A DNA stretch of 64,000 nucleotides, from assembly GCA_002269645.1 (NCBI GenBank), contig NIVC01001646.1:71187-135186 (forward strand). The letters run 5' to 3'. Each line of letters starts with the position of its first letter. Within the stretch, counting starts at the first letter, position 1. Both the position numbers and the translations under genes were made by a program. The notes under the pieces were generated by a model that saw only the letters and a list, made by a program, of their open reading frames with translations, did not search any database and was not told where the DNA came from. This stretch comes from Macrostomum lignano. Its lineage: Eukaryota. Shown piece after piece: positions 39,113 to 51,731 of this stretch.

Positions 39113-42100
39113 CATTTGGTTTCAACTACATGTAAAAAGATAGAAGTGCTTTTGCTTAACTGTACAAGTTAAACCTTCGTCATACATGTACATGTACACA
39201 GCGAGATAAAAAGTTTATTTTTTTGTTACAATAAAAGGACAAATTGTCAAAAATTTGTGGAAAGGGAATTGTATTATCGTTTTAATTTCAACATACCAGG
39301 AGTTAAGTGTGTTGTGTCGTAACTTGACGGGTCAACTTAATGATAATATTGTTACGCTAATATTTCTACTATAAGTATGGTATAATGATGGGTTTCGACC
39401 TTTCGGCCCCCTTGTGGGGAAGCCTTCGGGCCTCAGGTCTCAGAAATAAATCAATTAGAGACCTGGCCCCCCACTCCTGTCAGATGGTCAGCCCCATGGT
39501 AGCTTGATCGTGTGGCGAGCAGTCTAGGTCCTATAGCTAAGAGAGGGATAGCGAGAGACAAGCAGGGAGAATTTTGAAGGTAGAAATTAGTTAATCCGCA
39601 GATTAGCTAACTCGCTGCCACCAGCCCGTACGTCCTGGCTCACCACACCGGGACTCTCGAAATCGGGCTTCCGACTAGAAGGGGCTTTGCACTTACATGC
39701 CAACCAGTGTCTTTTTGCTGTCAATCTCGAAGTCATAGCCGATGATAAGGGACACTGCTGGGACTTGATCGCATTGGCCATGCAGGTACAGAGGGGACTT
39801 GTGCAGGAGATTCTTGCAGTGGCGAGACTATGGGGTAGCTACATGTACTATTACATAGCTAAATACGAAGATATGTACTTTTGGCCTTCAACGCGCCAAC
39901 CAGCCTCTCCTAGCGCTGATGATAGGCTAACTCGAACATCAGAGACCGCGCATGATTCATCACCCGAGCCGCTTGGCTAACCTAGAGTGCACAGAGTACA
40001 CCTCTGGAGCCGATTCTGCACTATTGGCAATTTCGCTAACTGATTTGATAGACTGATCGACTGAGAACTGCCTTGCCATTGGTCCACTATGACCGGCGCC
40101 TACTAGCTTAGCTATTGATCTGAGCCATCGGCGAACAAAGAAATAAAACCGATGAAAATAACTGTTAGATTTAACCTTCTCCTTAGATCACTTCACACTT
40201 CAGATTGAATTGGAGTCTTAGACTACTAGCAGTATTATTGAATGACTTCTGCCTAGCTTAGTGCTTCGCAGCTGTAGGCCCGGGATGATGCTGATGTCAC
40301 AATCTTCGCTGATAGCTAGCAGGTGATGCTCTTCACTTTGACGTTCACTGCTGATGACCGGGGGATTCGTCCTTGATGATGATGGGATCGCAATCCGGGG
40401 ATCAAGAAACGACGGTCAATTTCTGCATGGCCGGTGGAGCCAAGGGTGGCACCCGGTCGCAAGAAGGTTTGCAGGGGTAGCACCCCGGAAAGGAAGAAGG
40501 TTGTAGTCCGAGCGGGCCAAAAACACCGGTTTAAATAGCCGCCAACTGGACCGCAGTTTGTTATAATGGAACACGTCGATTCTGATTGGCTGAGCCGATT
40601 TGTTAAAATGAGTGCCGAATTTTCTGATTGGCTAAGCTTGTTGCTACCCAGTGACCGGGAGATCCTATCAGTTCCCTCGGGGTCGTAAAAACATGACAGG
40701 TGCGGCCATAAATCAATCAAAATCGCAACAAAATGATTTATGACTTTTCGCGTAGAATTGACAAAAATTAATGAAAAAATATACATTAGAAAGCTTTTAT
40801 TAAATAGAAACTGAAGATAATGAAGAGAAATCGCTAATTGCTAATCCCAAAGTACTTTTAGGGGTAAAACGCATAGCTGTCAAAAGCTGTCACACGCTTG
40901 AGTGAACACGAACAATAGGCCCTGCTCTCATAAATCTTGATGACCTGTCAAAATGATGGGAAAAGAGCTATCATTCGCATCCCCTCAGACCATCTGGCGC
41001 CCGCCTCAACACTGAGTGAGGCGCAGGTGGCTGTCAGACCAGCTTCGAAAGCGATGATTTATGACCCAAAAAGCTGCGCCTATATGTTATTATGACTACT
41101 AGTATGACCAAACATTATATCTAGCATAGATTCTATCCTAAAAAGGATAAAAATGCCCATTGCCCACTGTTAGTAGGCTAGTAAGTTTAGGGCCCATGTG
41201 CTAGCGCGGGATTTAGAAAAAAGCACTTACGCTCCCACTTTCAGTAGAGTAGTAGATAAATCATCTGTATAATGTATTATTTATAACGTGATCACATCTC
41301 TGGCTCTTAAATTTATCCATCGTGCAGTTTTTCTAAGTTGACTAAAGGAAGTGCTTATCCCCAGGGTCCCGTGTCGATAACTCTATTTTATTCACACGCC
41401 CCGCCGCCCCCCCCCCTAGGATCCGCCACTTGTTCTAATAAACGATTTGATAAGGATCAAGTAAGTTTCTAGGTCGGATCGATCGTGTTGCACCCTAATA
41501 CCAAGGATTACTTACATGTAAGTCGGACGGGAAACTACGTTTCATGGTAAATTTTAAGAAGGCAGATATTTTTTGAAAAAAACATTACGGAGACACAATG
41601 TACAAGTTATTCTTTTTACAGCACAAAAAAAGAATTATTGCATGCTTTTGATTAGGAGGCAGAACCAATGTTCGTCTTCACATGTTTTGCCTTTATTATA
41701 GCAATTCCTATTGATATTTAGAGCTTTTGTTTAGAAAATTAGGATTCTATGTTAATTTTGTATATCGAACGAACATGTCCTATCCTATATACTTTACATG
41801 TGACTTAAAAATAATAATAAATTTAAATGTATGGCGACTCGACTCATCGGCTTTATAAATCTATCTTTATCATCTCGGTTATACATATTGACAAAATGAA
41901 TTGTTACACAGTCAGCAAAGAATTTATGTACCTAATCCTTGGTAAAACATGTAAATGATATGTACTAACTAAGTGATTATAAAGGATTGTGGCCGTGGTG
42001 GAATTTACAACGCTACTTGTAACCAGTTTTAATAAAAGTAAATGATTTAAATCAGAGCAAGTGCAAGCAGCATTTTTAGCTTTAAATTTTAGTGTTCAAA

Positions 42101-42604
42101 ACAGGTCAAAACTCAGGATTCACACATATATCTCGTAAAATTATGGTAATACAAGAATGTATTAAGCTTAGGATTTGTTAATGTTAATATTAGCTTCATC
42201 GATGTTTCATCGAATTTTTTTTCTACGAAACGCCGGTTGCCGACAATGGCCTAGATTATTATTTGGCCAGTAGTTGTAATTCCTCCAGTCTTGTTTATTA
42301 AAATGATTTTGTACTTTTTAGAACCAAATCACATTAAAAAACTAAAAGTACCCCCTTGCTATTTGAAGAACCCATTCTTGGTAGCTAGCCATGCCCATCC
42401 AGTCTGTTTTTTTTGTCAGAATTTAGAAATAGCAGAATCCAAAATCTGCATACCATTCCCAATAGCATCAACCACAACCAATAAAAGCAACATTTCATGT
42501 TTTATGATTGCTCATGATACAGAGTATAAAATCTTAGAAACCAGCGAAAGCTGAGGAAAAATTTGACATTTAGCACAAAAAGTTTGATGCCAATTTGAAA
42601 GTCA

Positions 42605-43032
42605 GGCAATCTTCTAGTTTCGCACGTTTAATTCAAACTGTTTTTAAAACGACAGTTAACGACAGTTTTGTTTTATGTTTTATGCCTCAGACGGCATAAT
42701 AGTGCGCCACCCAGAAAAGGATGTTCCCAAAGGTGTTGCGTGGGTGGCAGCGATGCCAGAGAAATTCGTCCAAGTGGGTGTCAAACAGGGCCTTGGATGT
42801 GCCATGCATGGCCCTGAAATGGGCCTTAGCGTGGGCCCATGTGCCCTCCACTGTGTTCGTGTGGACTTCTGGGTGGTTAGGGTCCACAAAGTGCAGCCAG
42901 TGGTTCACCGTCAAATGATTGGGCAGTTGGTTGTATGCTTGCCACTGGTCGGTGATAATGCGAGTACCTGCTTTGCTGAAAATAATTAAAAATGCTTTAA
43001 AATAATAAAACATGCAAAACTAAAAGATTGCC
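42605..43032 (-). mobile_element. Non-autonomous Merlin (IS1595/ISXO2-like) DNA transposon, 428 bp
   Basis: 29-bp TIRs starting GGCAATCTT (25/29 identical); 8-bp TSD GAAAGTCA (42597-42604) / AAAAGTCA (43033-43040); internal transposase remnant. Confidence 0.88.
42687..42977 (-). pseudogene. C-terminal fragment of a Merlin/ISXO2-like DDE transposase
   Basis: GTRIITDQWQAYNQL...VNHWLHFVDP...VHTNTVEGTW...K...G...LDEFLWHR matches the IS1595-family D and E blocks; the N-terminal part, including the first D, is absent. Confidence 0.88.
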
Positions 43033-44254
43033 AAAAGTCAATATGCCATGACATCTGTATATTATTCTTATTTCAAATGCAATGCCCAAAAATATAAATT
43101 GAATTGTGTTAGTTTTTTAAAAAAAGGATTAATACTATTTTACATTAAGCAAAAACAAACACTCACATGTTTTCTTTCTTTAGTAATATCAATTCATGTT
43201 CAGACCTATGCATTTGCTTCTCTCTCATTCAGGGCTATCTAACTTTGCTACCCATGGTTGCATCATATTGGCTTAATAGACTTAAAAATTCATCATCTTT
43301 CTGCATCTAGATAATTGCCTGAAGATGCCAATTGTTTGGCAAAAGCAAAATATGTCATATAAAATAATATTAATATTAATATTATTTATATAAAGAAAGA
43401 CAATATGCAAATGCTTGTTTTTGCTTTCATTCTCCTAACTTTCCTTAAACAACGTACCCTACTTCAATTTTATATAAACATTAAAATGTAACCTCTTTTG
43501 TGGACATTTGATCTACTATAATAGCAATGGCTATCTAGTCAACCTTATAACATGCCATTTTATATCTTCTACCTACATGATACAACCATAAGCTAATAGA
43601 TTTCTCTATATTTTATACATCTTTGTTGCTATATACTTATTCTTTTTAAAATTCAAAAAGTCTAGTTCTAAAGTATTAGACATATATGTTAGTCTAGAAA
43701 TATTACAATTTTTTAATTTTTCTAATTCAATCATATTTGTTTCAATTTATCACAAATATATACTTTAGACAATAGAACCATAATTTTTCTAAAATCAATT
43801 GTGACACACACTAACAACTCAGTTTAGTATGTAAGATTTAAATTTATTAGTATTTTTAAAAAGTTACTTTAAAAAATAAGAAATAGTTTTTAATGTTTTT
43901 TTTTGCTAGTTTTGGTCTAAAATATTAATAATATACTAATATAAGATAATATGAAAATCATATAAAAGATTAAAAATTATACTAAACATACTATTTCTTT
44001 CTAATTTTATCATAGGTTTAGGGGTTAGCAAAATGGATAGCAATGCCTCCTTGCTGCATCTAGATAGTAGATACGTAAAACCCCTTATAGCTAAGTCAAA
44101 TAAAGTTTATCATAGGTCATTAAAACTATTAAACAATCTAGACAATATAAACTATTAAACAATATGATACAGCTAAGAGCTGTCTTTTACCTATGCTATT
44201 TTATTATAGTCTACTCTATATAGTCTACTCATTGCTGTCTCATTATAGGCTATA

Positions 44255-45278
44255 CTCATTGTCATTACAGTCTGTACTCATTACAGTCTACTCATTACAG
44301 TCTGTACTAATTGAGTACTGTACTCATTGTTGTCTCATTGCAATCTGTGCTCAGTGCAGTCTGTACTCATTGCAGTCTGTGCTCATTGCAATCTGTGCTC
44401 AGTGCAGTCTGTACTCATTGCAGTCTGTGCTCATTGCAGTCTGTGCTCATTGCAGTTTGTGACTGTGCTCATTGCAGTCTGTGCTCATTGCAGTCTGTGA
44501 CTGTGCTCATTGCAGTCTGTACTCATTGCAGTCTGTACTCATTGCAGTCTGTACTCATTGCAGTCTGTACTCATCGCAGTCTGTGCTCATTGCAGTCTGT
44601 ACTCATTGCAGTCTGTGCTCATTGCAGTCTGTACTCATTGAAGTCTGTACTCATTGCAGTCTGTACTCATTGCAGTCTGTGCTCATTGCTGTCTCATTGC
44701 AGTCTGTGCTCATTGCTGTCTCATTGCTGTCTCATTGCAGTCTGTTCTCATTGCAGTCTGAACTCATTGCTGTCTCATTGCAGTCTGTGCTCATTGCAGT
44801 CTGTGCTCATTGCTGTCTCATTGCAGTCTGTGCTCATTGCAGTCTGTGCTCATTGCAGTCTGTGCTCATTGCAGTCTGTACTCATTGCAGTCTGTGACTG
44901 TGCTCATTGCAGTCTGTGACTGTGCTCATTGCAGTCTGTACTCATTGCTGTCTCATTGCAGTCTGTGCTCATTGCAGTCTGTGCTCATTGAAGTCTGTAC
45001 TCATTGCTGTCTCATTGCAGTCTGTGCTCATTGCAGTCTGTGCTCATTGCAGTCTGTACTCATTGCTGTCTCATTGCAGTCTGTGCTCATTGCAGTCTGT
45101 GCTCATTGCAGTCTGTGCTCATTGCAGTCTGTGCTCATTGCAGTCTGTGCTCGTTGCAGTCTGTACTCATTGCTGTCTCATTGCAGTCTGTGCTCATTGC
45201 AGTCTGTGCTCATTGCAGTCTGTACTCATTGCAGTCTGTGACTGTGCTCATTGCTGTCTGTACTCTTTGCTGTCTCAT
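44255..45278. repeat. About 16-bp minisatellite (TGTGCTCATTGCAGTC) ending 2 nt before the centrin ATG
   Basis: Direct tandem copies with TGCAG in most units. Confidence 0.94.
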
Positions 45279-45280
45279 GC

Positions 45281-46365
45281 ATGTCGACCTTCAAGAAGCC
45301 AAGCCCTGGCGGCGGCCAGAAGAAGAAGACGGCCGGCATCAAGCTGGAGCTGTCCGAGGAGCAGAAGCAGGAGATTCGCGAAGCATTTGACCTATTTAAT
45401 AACGACGGCTCCGGCACCATCGACATCAAGGAACTGAAGGTGGCCATGCGGGCGCTCGGCTTCGAGCCCAAGAAAGAAGAGATTAAGAAGCTGATTGCCG
45501 AGTACGACAAGGAAGGCACAGGTGAGGGCTTCTTCGAGCTTTTATTAGGAGATTCATTCTGCAGTGGGGTGGGCAGGTTGACTGTAGGCCTCAGTCTAGT
45601 TGCAGACATGTGCTACTTTTTTTAATCGTTTGGTAGACAGCCTGTCAATTAATACTGTGTTCCCCAGGTGTTCTCATGTGTTCCCCAGCTGTTCTTATGT
45701 GTTACCCAGCAGTTCATATGTGTTCCCCACTGTTCTTATGTGTCCCCCAGTGTTCTATGTGTTCCCCAGCTGTTCTTATGTGTTCCCTAGGTGTTCTTTT
45801 GTGTTCCCCAGGTGTTCTCATGTGTTCCCCAGGTGTTCTCATGTGTTCCCCAGGTGTTCTCATGTGTTCCCCAGGTGTTCTCATGTGTTCCCCAGGTGTT
45901 CTCATGTTCCCCAGGTGTTCTCATGTGTTCCCCAGGTGTTCTCATGTGTTCCCCAGGTGTTCTTATACAATTTTCCATGTGCTGGACGAGTACCTGATGA
46001 TGTTCCATCTGTTCTATCTTCTTCTATGAGCTCTCACAATTAAATTTTCTACATTGTATTAATTAACGAAACCCGACTTCCTCCACGAAGGCACCATCGA
46101 CTTTAACGACTTCCTAAGTATGATGACCAGCAAGATGACGGAGAAAGACTCGAAGGAGGAGATTCTCAAAGCCTTCCGCCTATTCGACGACGACGAGACT
46201 GGCAAGATTTCGTTTAAAAATTTGAAACGCGTTGCCAAGGAGCTGGGCGAGAATCTCACAGACGAGGAGCTTCAGGAGATGATCGACGAAGCCGACAGGG
46301 ACGGCGACGGCGAGATTAACGAGTCGGAATTTCTGCGGATTATGAAGAAGACCAGCCTGTATTGA
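45281..46365 (+). CDS. CETN2: Centrin (caltractin; CETN1/2-type). Exons 45281-45521 and 46091-46365, 171 aa
   Basis: [42 protein letters not shown] and [54 protein letters not shown]...[10 protein letters not shown]; phase-1 GT..AG intron. Confidence 0.97.
45655..45965. repeat. 21-bp minisatellite (GTGTTCCCCAGGTGTTCTCAT) in the centrin intron
   Basis: Direct tandem copies. Confidence 0.93.
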
Positions 46366-46544
46366 GCTGCTTTGTATACTTGGTATAATTTATATTGTAG
46401 TGCTTATCTGGCTTATTCCTACGTTTTTATTGGACCATAGACCTACTCGACTTGTTGCTTTTGTTTTTTTTAAGATTCACTAAGCTTTTTAGTCACTGAT
46501 AGGCTTTAGCTCTAAGCCAAAATCCTATTTTCACCGCACAGAAC

Positions 46545-46900
46545 CCGGGAACCCCAATCTAGGACGGGGAATCCCAATATTAGGACGGGAATCCCAATCT
46601 TCGGACGGGGAATCCCAATATTAGGATGGGGAATCCCAATCTTAGGACGAGAAATCCCAATATTAGGATGGGGAATCCCAATCTTAGGACAGGCATCCCA
46701 ATATTGGAACGGGGAATCACAATCTTAGGACGAGCATCCCAATATTAGAACGGGGAATCCCAATATTAGGACGGGGAATTCCAATGTTAGGACAGGGAAT
46801 CCCAATCTTAGGACGGGCATCCCCATATTAGAACGGGGAATCCCAATCTTGGTGCGGGGAATCCTAATTTTATCAAGGGGAATCACAACATTAGAATGGA
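46545..46900. repeat. 20-21-bp minisatellite (AGGACGGGGAATCCCAATCTT-like) downstream of centrin
   Basis: About 15 degenerate copies. Confidence 0.88.
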
Positions 46901-47624
46901 GTCTGAATATCCTAGGTTGAGTGTCCCAATCTTAGGTCAGTTAATCGCAACTATTAACTCACTAATAGTATTCAGATAAGAACAAAAAGTTGTATTATGG
47001 TTAGAGACATAAGCATATTTATAATAATACACGTGAACGTGTCCTCTAAGACCATGTAATAGCTGAATTAGGAACCGTCTCGACCTATTGATTGACGGGC
47101 TTCTCGTGCTGGCTATATTTTGCCCTAACTAAACTACTTATGCAACTGTTATAAGGATTATATTTGCAAATTTTCACTCAATCTTTGTGTCTATTATCCT
47201 TTAGATCTTAATTTTTCCGTATTGTGACTTCAGCGTTGACCTTTTATTAATTTCCTGCTGTTAAACATTGCAGTTTTGCGTGCTTGTCTTTGTGTTTCTT
47301 TTTAAAATCCAGTTTTACACTCTTTCTGTCAACATTCTGCTATTATAGAAATATATATAGTCTATATATTCACTGTTGTATAGGACTCTGAAATAAGGCT
47401 ATTAAAAATCGATATGGACTTTATTAATTGTAGCAAGTGATTTGTCTTCGTTTCTGTTTGCCACTATGAGTAGTGTTGTATGTTTGTTTGTTTTATTTTT
47501 GCTTAAAATTTAAAACGTAAATTTAAAATCTGCAGAAAAAGTATGAAATCAACATTTTAATACATTTTTACGAAAATAAACATTCCTTTTTCTTTCTATA
47601 TATCGTTGGTTGAACCCACACGCC

Positions 47625-48093
47625 TCAACACCCCATCAGCTGCAGTCCTAACCCCTTTAAACACCCCATCAGCGGCAGCCCTAACCCCTTTAAACACCCC
47701 ATCAGCTGCAGCCCTAACCCCTTTAAACACCCCATCAGCTGCACCTCTAACCCCTTTAAACACCCCATCAGCTGCAGCCCTAACCCCTTTAAACACCCCA
47801 TCAGCTGCACCTCTAACCCCTTTAAACACCCCATCAGCTGCAGCCCTAACCCCTTTAAACACCCCATCAGCGGCAGCCCTAACCCCTTTAAACACCCCAT
47901 CAGCTGCACCCCTAAGCCCTTTAAACACCCCATCAGCTGCAGCCCTAACCCCTTTAAACACCCCATCGGGTGCAGCCCTAACCCCTTTAAACACCCCATC
48001 AGCTGCAGCCCTAACCCCTTTAAACACCCCATCAGCTGCACCCCTAAGCCCTTTAAACACCCCATCAGCTGCAGCCCTAACCCCTTTAAACAC
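47625..48093. repeat. 33-bp minisatellite (CCCCTTTAAACACCCCATCAGCTGCAGCCCTAA)
   Basis: About 14 copies; source of the mucin-like ORF 47606-48289. Confidence 0.95.
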
Positions 48094-48144
48094 CCATCCG
48101 CTGCACTCTAACCCCACCGACCTGCCGCTAAAACCCGGTTGCAG

Positions 48145-50634
48145 TGGCTCCGCCTACGCAGAGTCCCCATGTTCGTGTACTGCCCGGCCGAGAACCGCTA
48201 CCCGGGCTTTGCTGAATCACTGCTGGGCTGCGTGCGCCGGCTTGGCGCTCCGCCTGGAGCCCGAAGGCCCGGCCGCTCAGCTCAGGTGACCATCGACCTG
48301 CTGCCGGATCGCGTCTGCCTGTCGCCGCTTCGTGCTCGGACTTGCGAATCTATCGACGCTGGACTGCTTGACAGTTCGGCGACGTCAACGCATCACACAG
48401 AGCTGCACCGGCCTGCCGACTGCCCGGTGGCCAAGATTGCCGAAGGTGTCGGTTTGCAGCCTCCCGCTCAGGTGCGGCTGCAACCAGGGGTCTGGTGGCT
48501 AGGGGGAGTGTGAGTGGGAGGGTTAACAAGGGATGTTTAAGCCTCTTAGTTTAGCAGTGTGCTGTGTTTAAGCCTCTTAGGTAGTTTAGCAGTGTGCTGT
48601 GTTTAAGCCTATTGAGTTAGGGTAGTTTAGCAGTGTGGTGTGTTTAAGCCTATTGGGCTAGGGTGTTTAACAATGAGGATTTAAGCCTCTTAGGTAGTTT
48701 ATTGGTGTCGTGTGTTTAAGCTCTCTAGGGCAGTTTAAAAATGGAGAGAGAGAGAGGGCTGTTTAAGTATGACACGGGGAGTTTAACAATTAAGCAAAAG
48801 GTGTTCATCAGATGCTTGGCGGAGTGATCACCACAGTCCACCCCTGCTGAATGCTCCCCCTTGCAGCCCGACGCTGCTGACACCCGCCGTCGTTTCACTC
48901 GCGTAGCGGCCGCAGCCGCTATACTGCTGGAATCTGGCGACGGTCGCCTGCTGCTCACCAGGCGCCCGGCCGGCATGTCCGCCTTCCCGGAGGTGTGGGT
49001 GCCGCCAGGCGGTCATCTGGACCTCGGCGAGACCGCCGCACAGGCAGCGGCCAGAGAGCTGGCAGAGGAGGTCGGCCTGACCCTGCCTGCTGGCGGAGCC
49101 GGGCCGCCAATTCGCCTGCTCACGGCCTGGGAGTCCGTGTTCCCGGCCAGTCTGGACATTGGCTGGCCTGCTAGGCACCATCTGGTGCTGTACTTCCACG
49201 CCAGACTGTCGGAGTCTTCGGCTAGCCTGACCTCGGCCGCCAAGCCGGAGCCGCGCGAGGTGGACCGGCTGGTTTGGATTGACCGCCGGCTGGCCAGGCG
49301 GATCGGCGGCACTTTGCTGCTTGAAGAAGGCGACGGCCTAGCCGATGATGGCGATCGTCAGGTTAGCTGTGCTGCACTTCTGCGACTAGGGCTTGTCTGC
49401 TGAGACAGCGAGAGTGTAAATTAGTGAAGGTCATGCTGAAGAGTGACAGGACGTCATGAAGAGTGACAGAACGTCATGAAGAGTGACAGAACGTCATAAA
49501 GAGTGACAGAACGTCATGAAGAGTGACAGAACATCATGAAGAGTGACAGAACGGCATGAAGAGTGACAGAACGTCATGAAGAGTGACAGAACGTCATGAA
49601 GAGTGACAGAACGTCATTAATAGTGACAGACCGTCATTAATAGTGACAGACCGTCATGAAGAGTGACAGAACGTCATGAAGAGTGACAGAACGTCATTAA
49701 TAGTGACAGACCGTCATTAATAGTGACAGACCGTCATGAAGAGTGACAGAACGTCATGAAGAGTGACAGAACGTCATTAATAGTGACAGACCGTCATTAA
49801 TAGTGACAGACCATCATTAATAGTGACAGACCGTCATTAATAGTGACAGAACGTCATGAAGAGTGACAGAGTCATAAAGAGTGACAGAAATTCATAAAGA
49901 GTGACAGAACGTCATGAAGAGAGAACGTCATGAATAGTGACAGAACGTCATGAAGAGTGACAGAAAGTCATAAAGAGTCACAGAAAGTCATGAAGAGTGA
50001 CAGAAAGTCACGAAGAGTGACCGAAAGTCATGAAGAGTGACAGAAAGTCATAAAAACAGTCATAAAGAGTGACAGAAAGTCATAAAGAGTGACAGAACGT
50101 CATGAAGAGTGACAGAGTCATAAAGAGTGACAGAAAGTCATGAAGAGTGACAGAAAGTCATAAAGAGTGACAGAAAGTCATAAAGAGTGACAGAACGTCA
50201 TGAAGAGTGACAGAGTCATAAAGAGTGACAGAAAGTCATGAAGAGTGACAGAACGTCATGAAGAGAGAACGTCATAAAGAGTGACAGAAAGTCATAAAGA
50301 GTGACAGAAAGTCATAAAGAGTGACAGAACGTCATGAATAGAGAACGTCATGAAGAGTGACAGAAAGTCACGAAGAGTCGGAGATCTGGAAGTGTGAGAG
50401 ACAGTAATAGAGCAACACACCAATAGCGCAATCCCCTCCAATTTTCAGAATAGCAGAGAAGAAACTCCAGATGAGGAAACGGTACCCAGCTGGTCTCTGG
50501 ATAGGTCCGAGGTTCCGGTACAGGTTTCACAATTGCTCAGCTGCAGGCCTGACGCCAAGAACCGGGTTAGCACCGGGACCAAGATGGCCCTGCTGGAGTG
50601 GCTGCGGCTCACTGAGCAGGATGGGAACTGTTAG
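48145..50634 (+). CDS. NUDT17: Nudix hydrolase 17-like. Exons 48145(acceptor; first ATG 48169)-48471, 48867-49361, 50449-50634
   Basis: Nudix box GGHLDLGETAAQAAARELAEEVGL; NUDT17-type blocks FAES, LHRPADCP, LLLTRR...WVPPGG, WESVFP, HHLVLY and C-terminal RVSTGTKMALLEWL; both junctions GT-AG, phase 0. Confidence 0.9.
48535..48720. repeat. Degenerate about 40-bp repeat (GTGTTTAAGCCT...) in NUDT17 intron 1
   Basis: TGTTTAAGC recurs five or more times. Confidence 0.75.
49440..50375. repeat. 18-20-bp minisatellite (GAAGAGTGACAGAACGTCAT) in NUDT17 intron 2
   Basis: Direct tandem copies. Confidence 0.94.
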
Positions 50635-50663
50635 TTAGAGCTGGAAATTCAAAACGGTATGAG

Positions 50664-51080
50664 AAAACTGCAGCGATTCTCTGATTGGTTGGGGGAATCG
50701 AAAGAACTGCAGCGATTCTCTGATTGGTTGGTAGAATAAGAAAACTGCAGCGATTCTCTGATTGGTTAGGAGGAAAGAGAGAACTGCAGCGATTCTCTGA
50801 TTGGTTGGGAGAATAGAGAGAACTGCAGCGATTCTCTGATTGGTTGGGAGAATAGAGAGAACTGCAGCGATTCTCTGATTGGTTGGGAGAATAGAGAGAA
50901 CTGCAGCGATTCTCTGATTGGTTGGGAGAATAGAGAGAACTGCAGCGATTCTCTGATTGGTTGGGAGAATAGAGAGAACTGCAGCGATTCTCTGATTGGT
51001 TGGGAGAATAGAGAGAACTGCAGCGATTTTTTGATTGGTTGGGAGAATAGAGAGAACTGCAGCGATTTTTTGATTGGTTG
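50664..51080. repeat. 39-bp minisatellite (GAACTGCAGCGATTCTCTGATTGGTTGGGAGAATAGAGA); each unit has an inverted CCAAT box
   Basis: About 11 copies. Confidence 0.94.
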
Positions 51081-51260
51081 ATGGGAACTGCAATTTTCTT
51101 GTACGTTGGAAGGTGGTTGATTTTGCAAGTAAGTAATTTATAATTTCACAAATTAACTATTAATTAGCGTATAAGAACTACTGTCTCACTGCGTGTTTTA
51201 ATGCTAATTTTATTTCTGGATATTTCATACATTTGTTTTGGCATTTACTCGTAAAGAAGC

Positions 51261-51731
51261 GCTTCCGGACATTTGCCCTCCGGCACTTCCCCTCCGGCAC
51301 TTGCCCTCCGGCACTTCCCCTCGGCGGCGTTTGCCCTCCGGACATTTGCCCTCCGGGACATTTCCCCTCCGGACATTTGCCCTCCGGACATTTCCCCTCG
51401 GGGACATTTGCCCTCGGGGACATTTGCCCTCCGGACATTTGCCCTCCGGACATTTGCCCTCCGGACATTTGCCCTCTGCAAATTTACCCCCTCGCACATT
51501 ACTCACCTCACCTCCTCCTGTACCCACCCGTCGTTCCTCCAGCACCAACCTCATCCTCCCGCCTCTTGCATCCATCAGGTTCTTCTCCAGCCAACAACTC
51601 ATCCTTTTCTAGTAAGCAATATATACCCGCGCCCTACCCTATCCCCAGCCTTACCTGTACTTTTCCAGAGGGGAAATGTCCGGAGGGCAAATGTCCGGAG
51701 GGCAAATGCCGGAGGGCAAATGTCCGGTAGC
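51261..51731. mobile_element. MULE/Mutator-like foldback element with sub-repeated TIRs
   Basis: The left end GCTTCCGGACATTTGCCCTCCGG matches the reverse complement of the right end at 22/23; flanked by the direct repeat CGTAAAGAAGC (51250-51260, 51732-51742); TIRs built of 15-bp GGACATTTGCCCTCC units. Confidence 0.8.

Noticed and set aside
39300-41100. Possible solo LTR starting TGTTACG (about 39350) with PBS-like TGGCGCCCG (about 40995)
   Set aside because: No matching ...CA end with TSD, no second LTR, and no gag/pol remnants seen.
43167-43205. 39-nt putative exon that would splice in frame onto the Merlin fragment (RSEHELILLKKENI|KAGT)
   Set aside because: It lies outside the TIR/TSD-defined element, has a poor acceptor and no upstream continuation; probably coincidence.
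47625-48093. CCCTAA telomere-like hexamer in each 33-bp unit, and the mucin-like ORF 47606-48289
   Set aside because: One hexamer per unit is not an interstitial telomere tract; the ORF is out of frame with NUDT17 and has no ATG or signal peptide.
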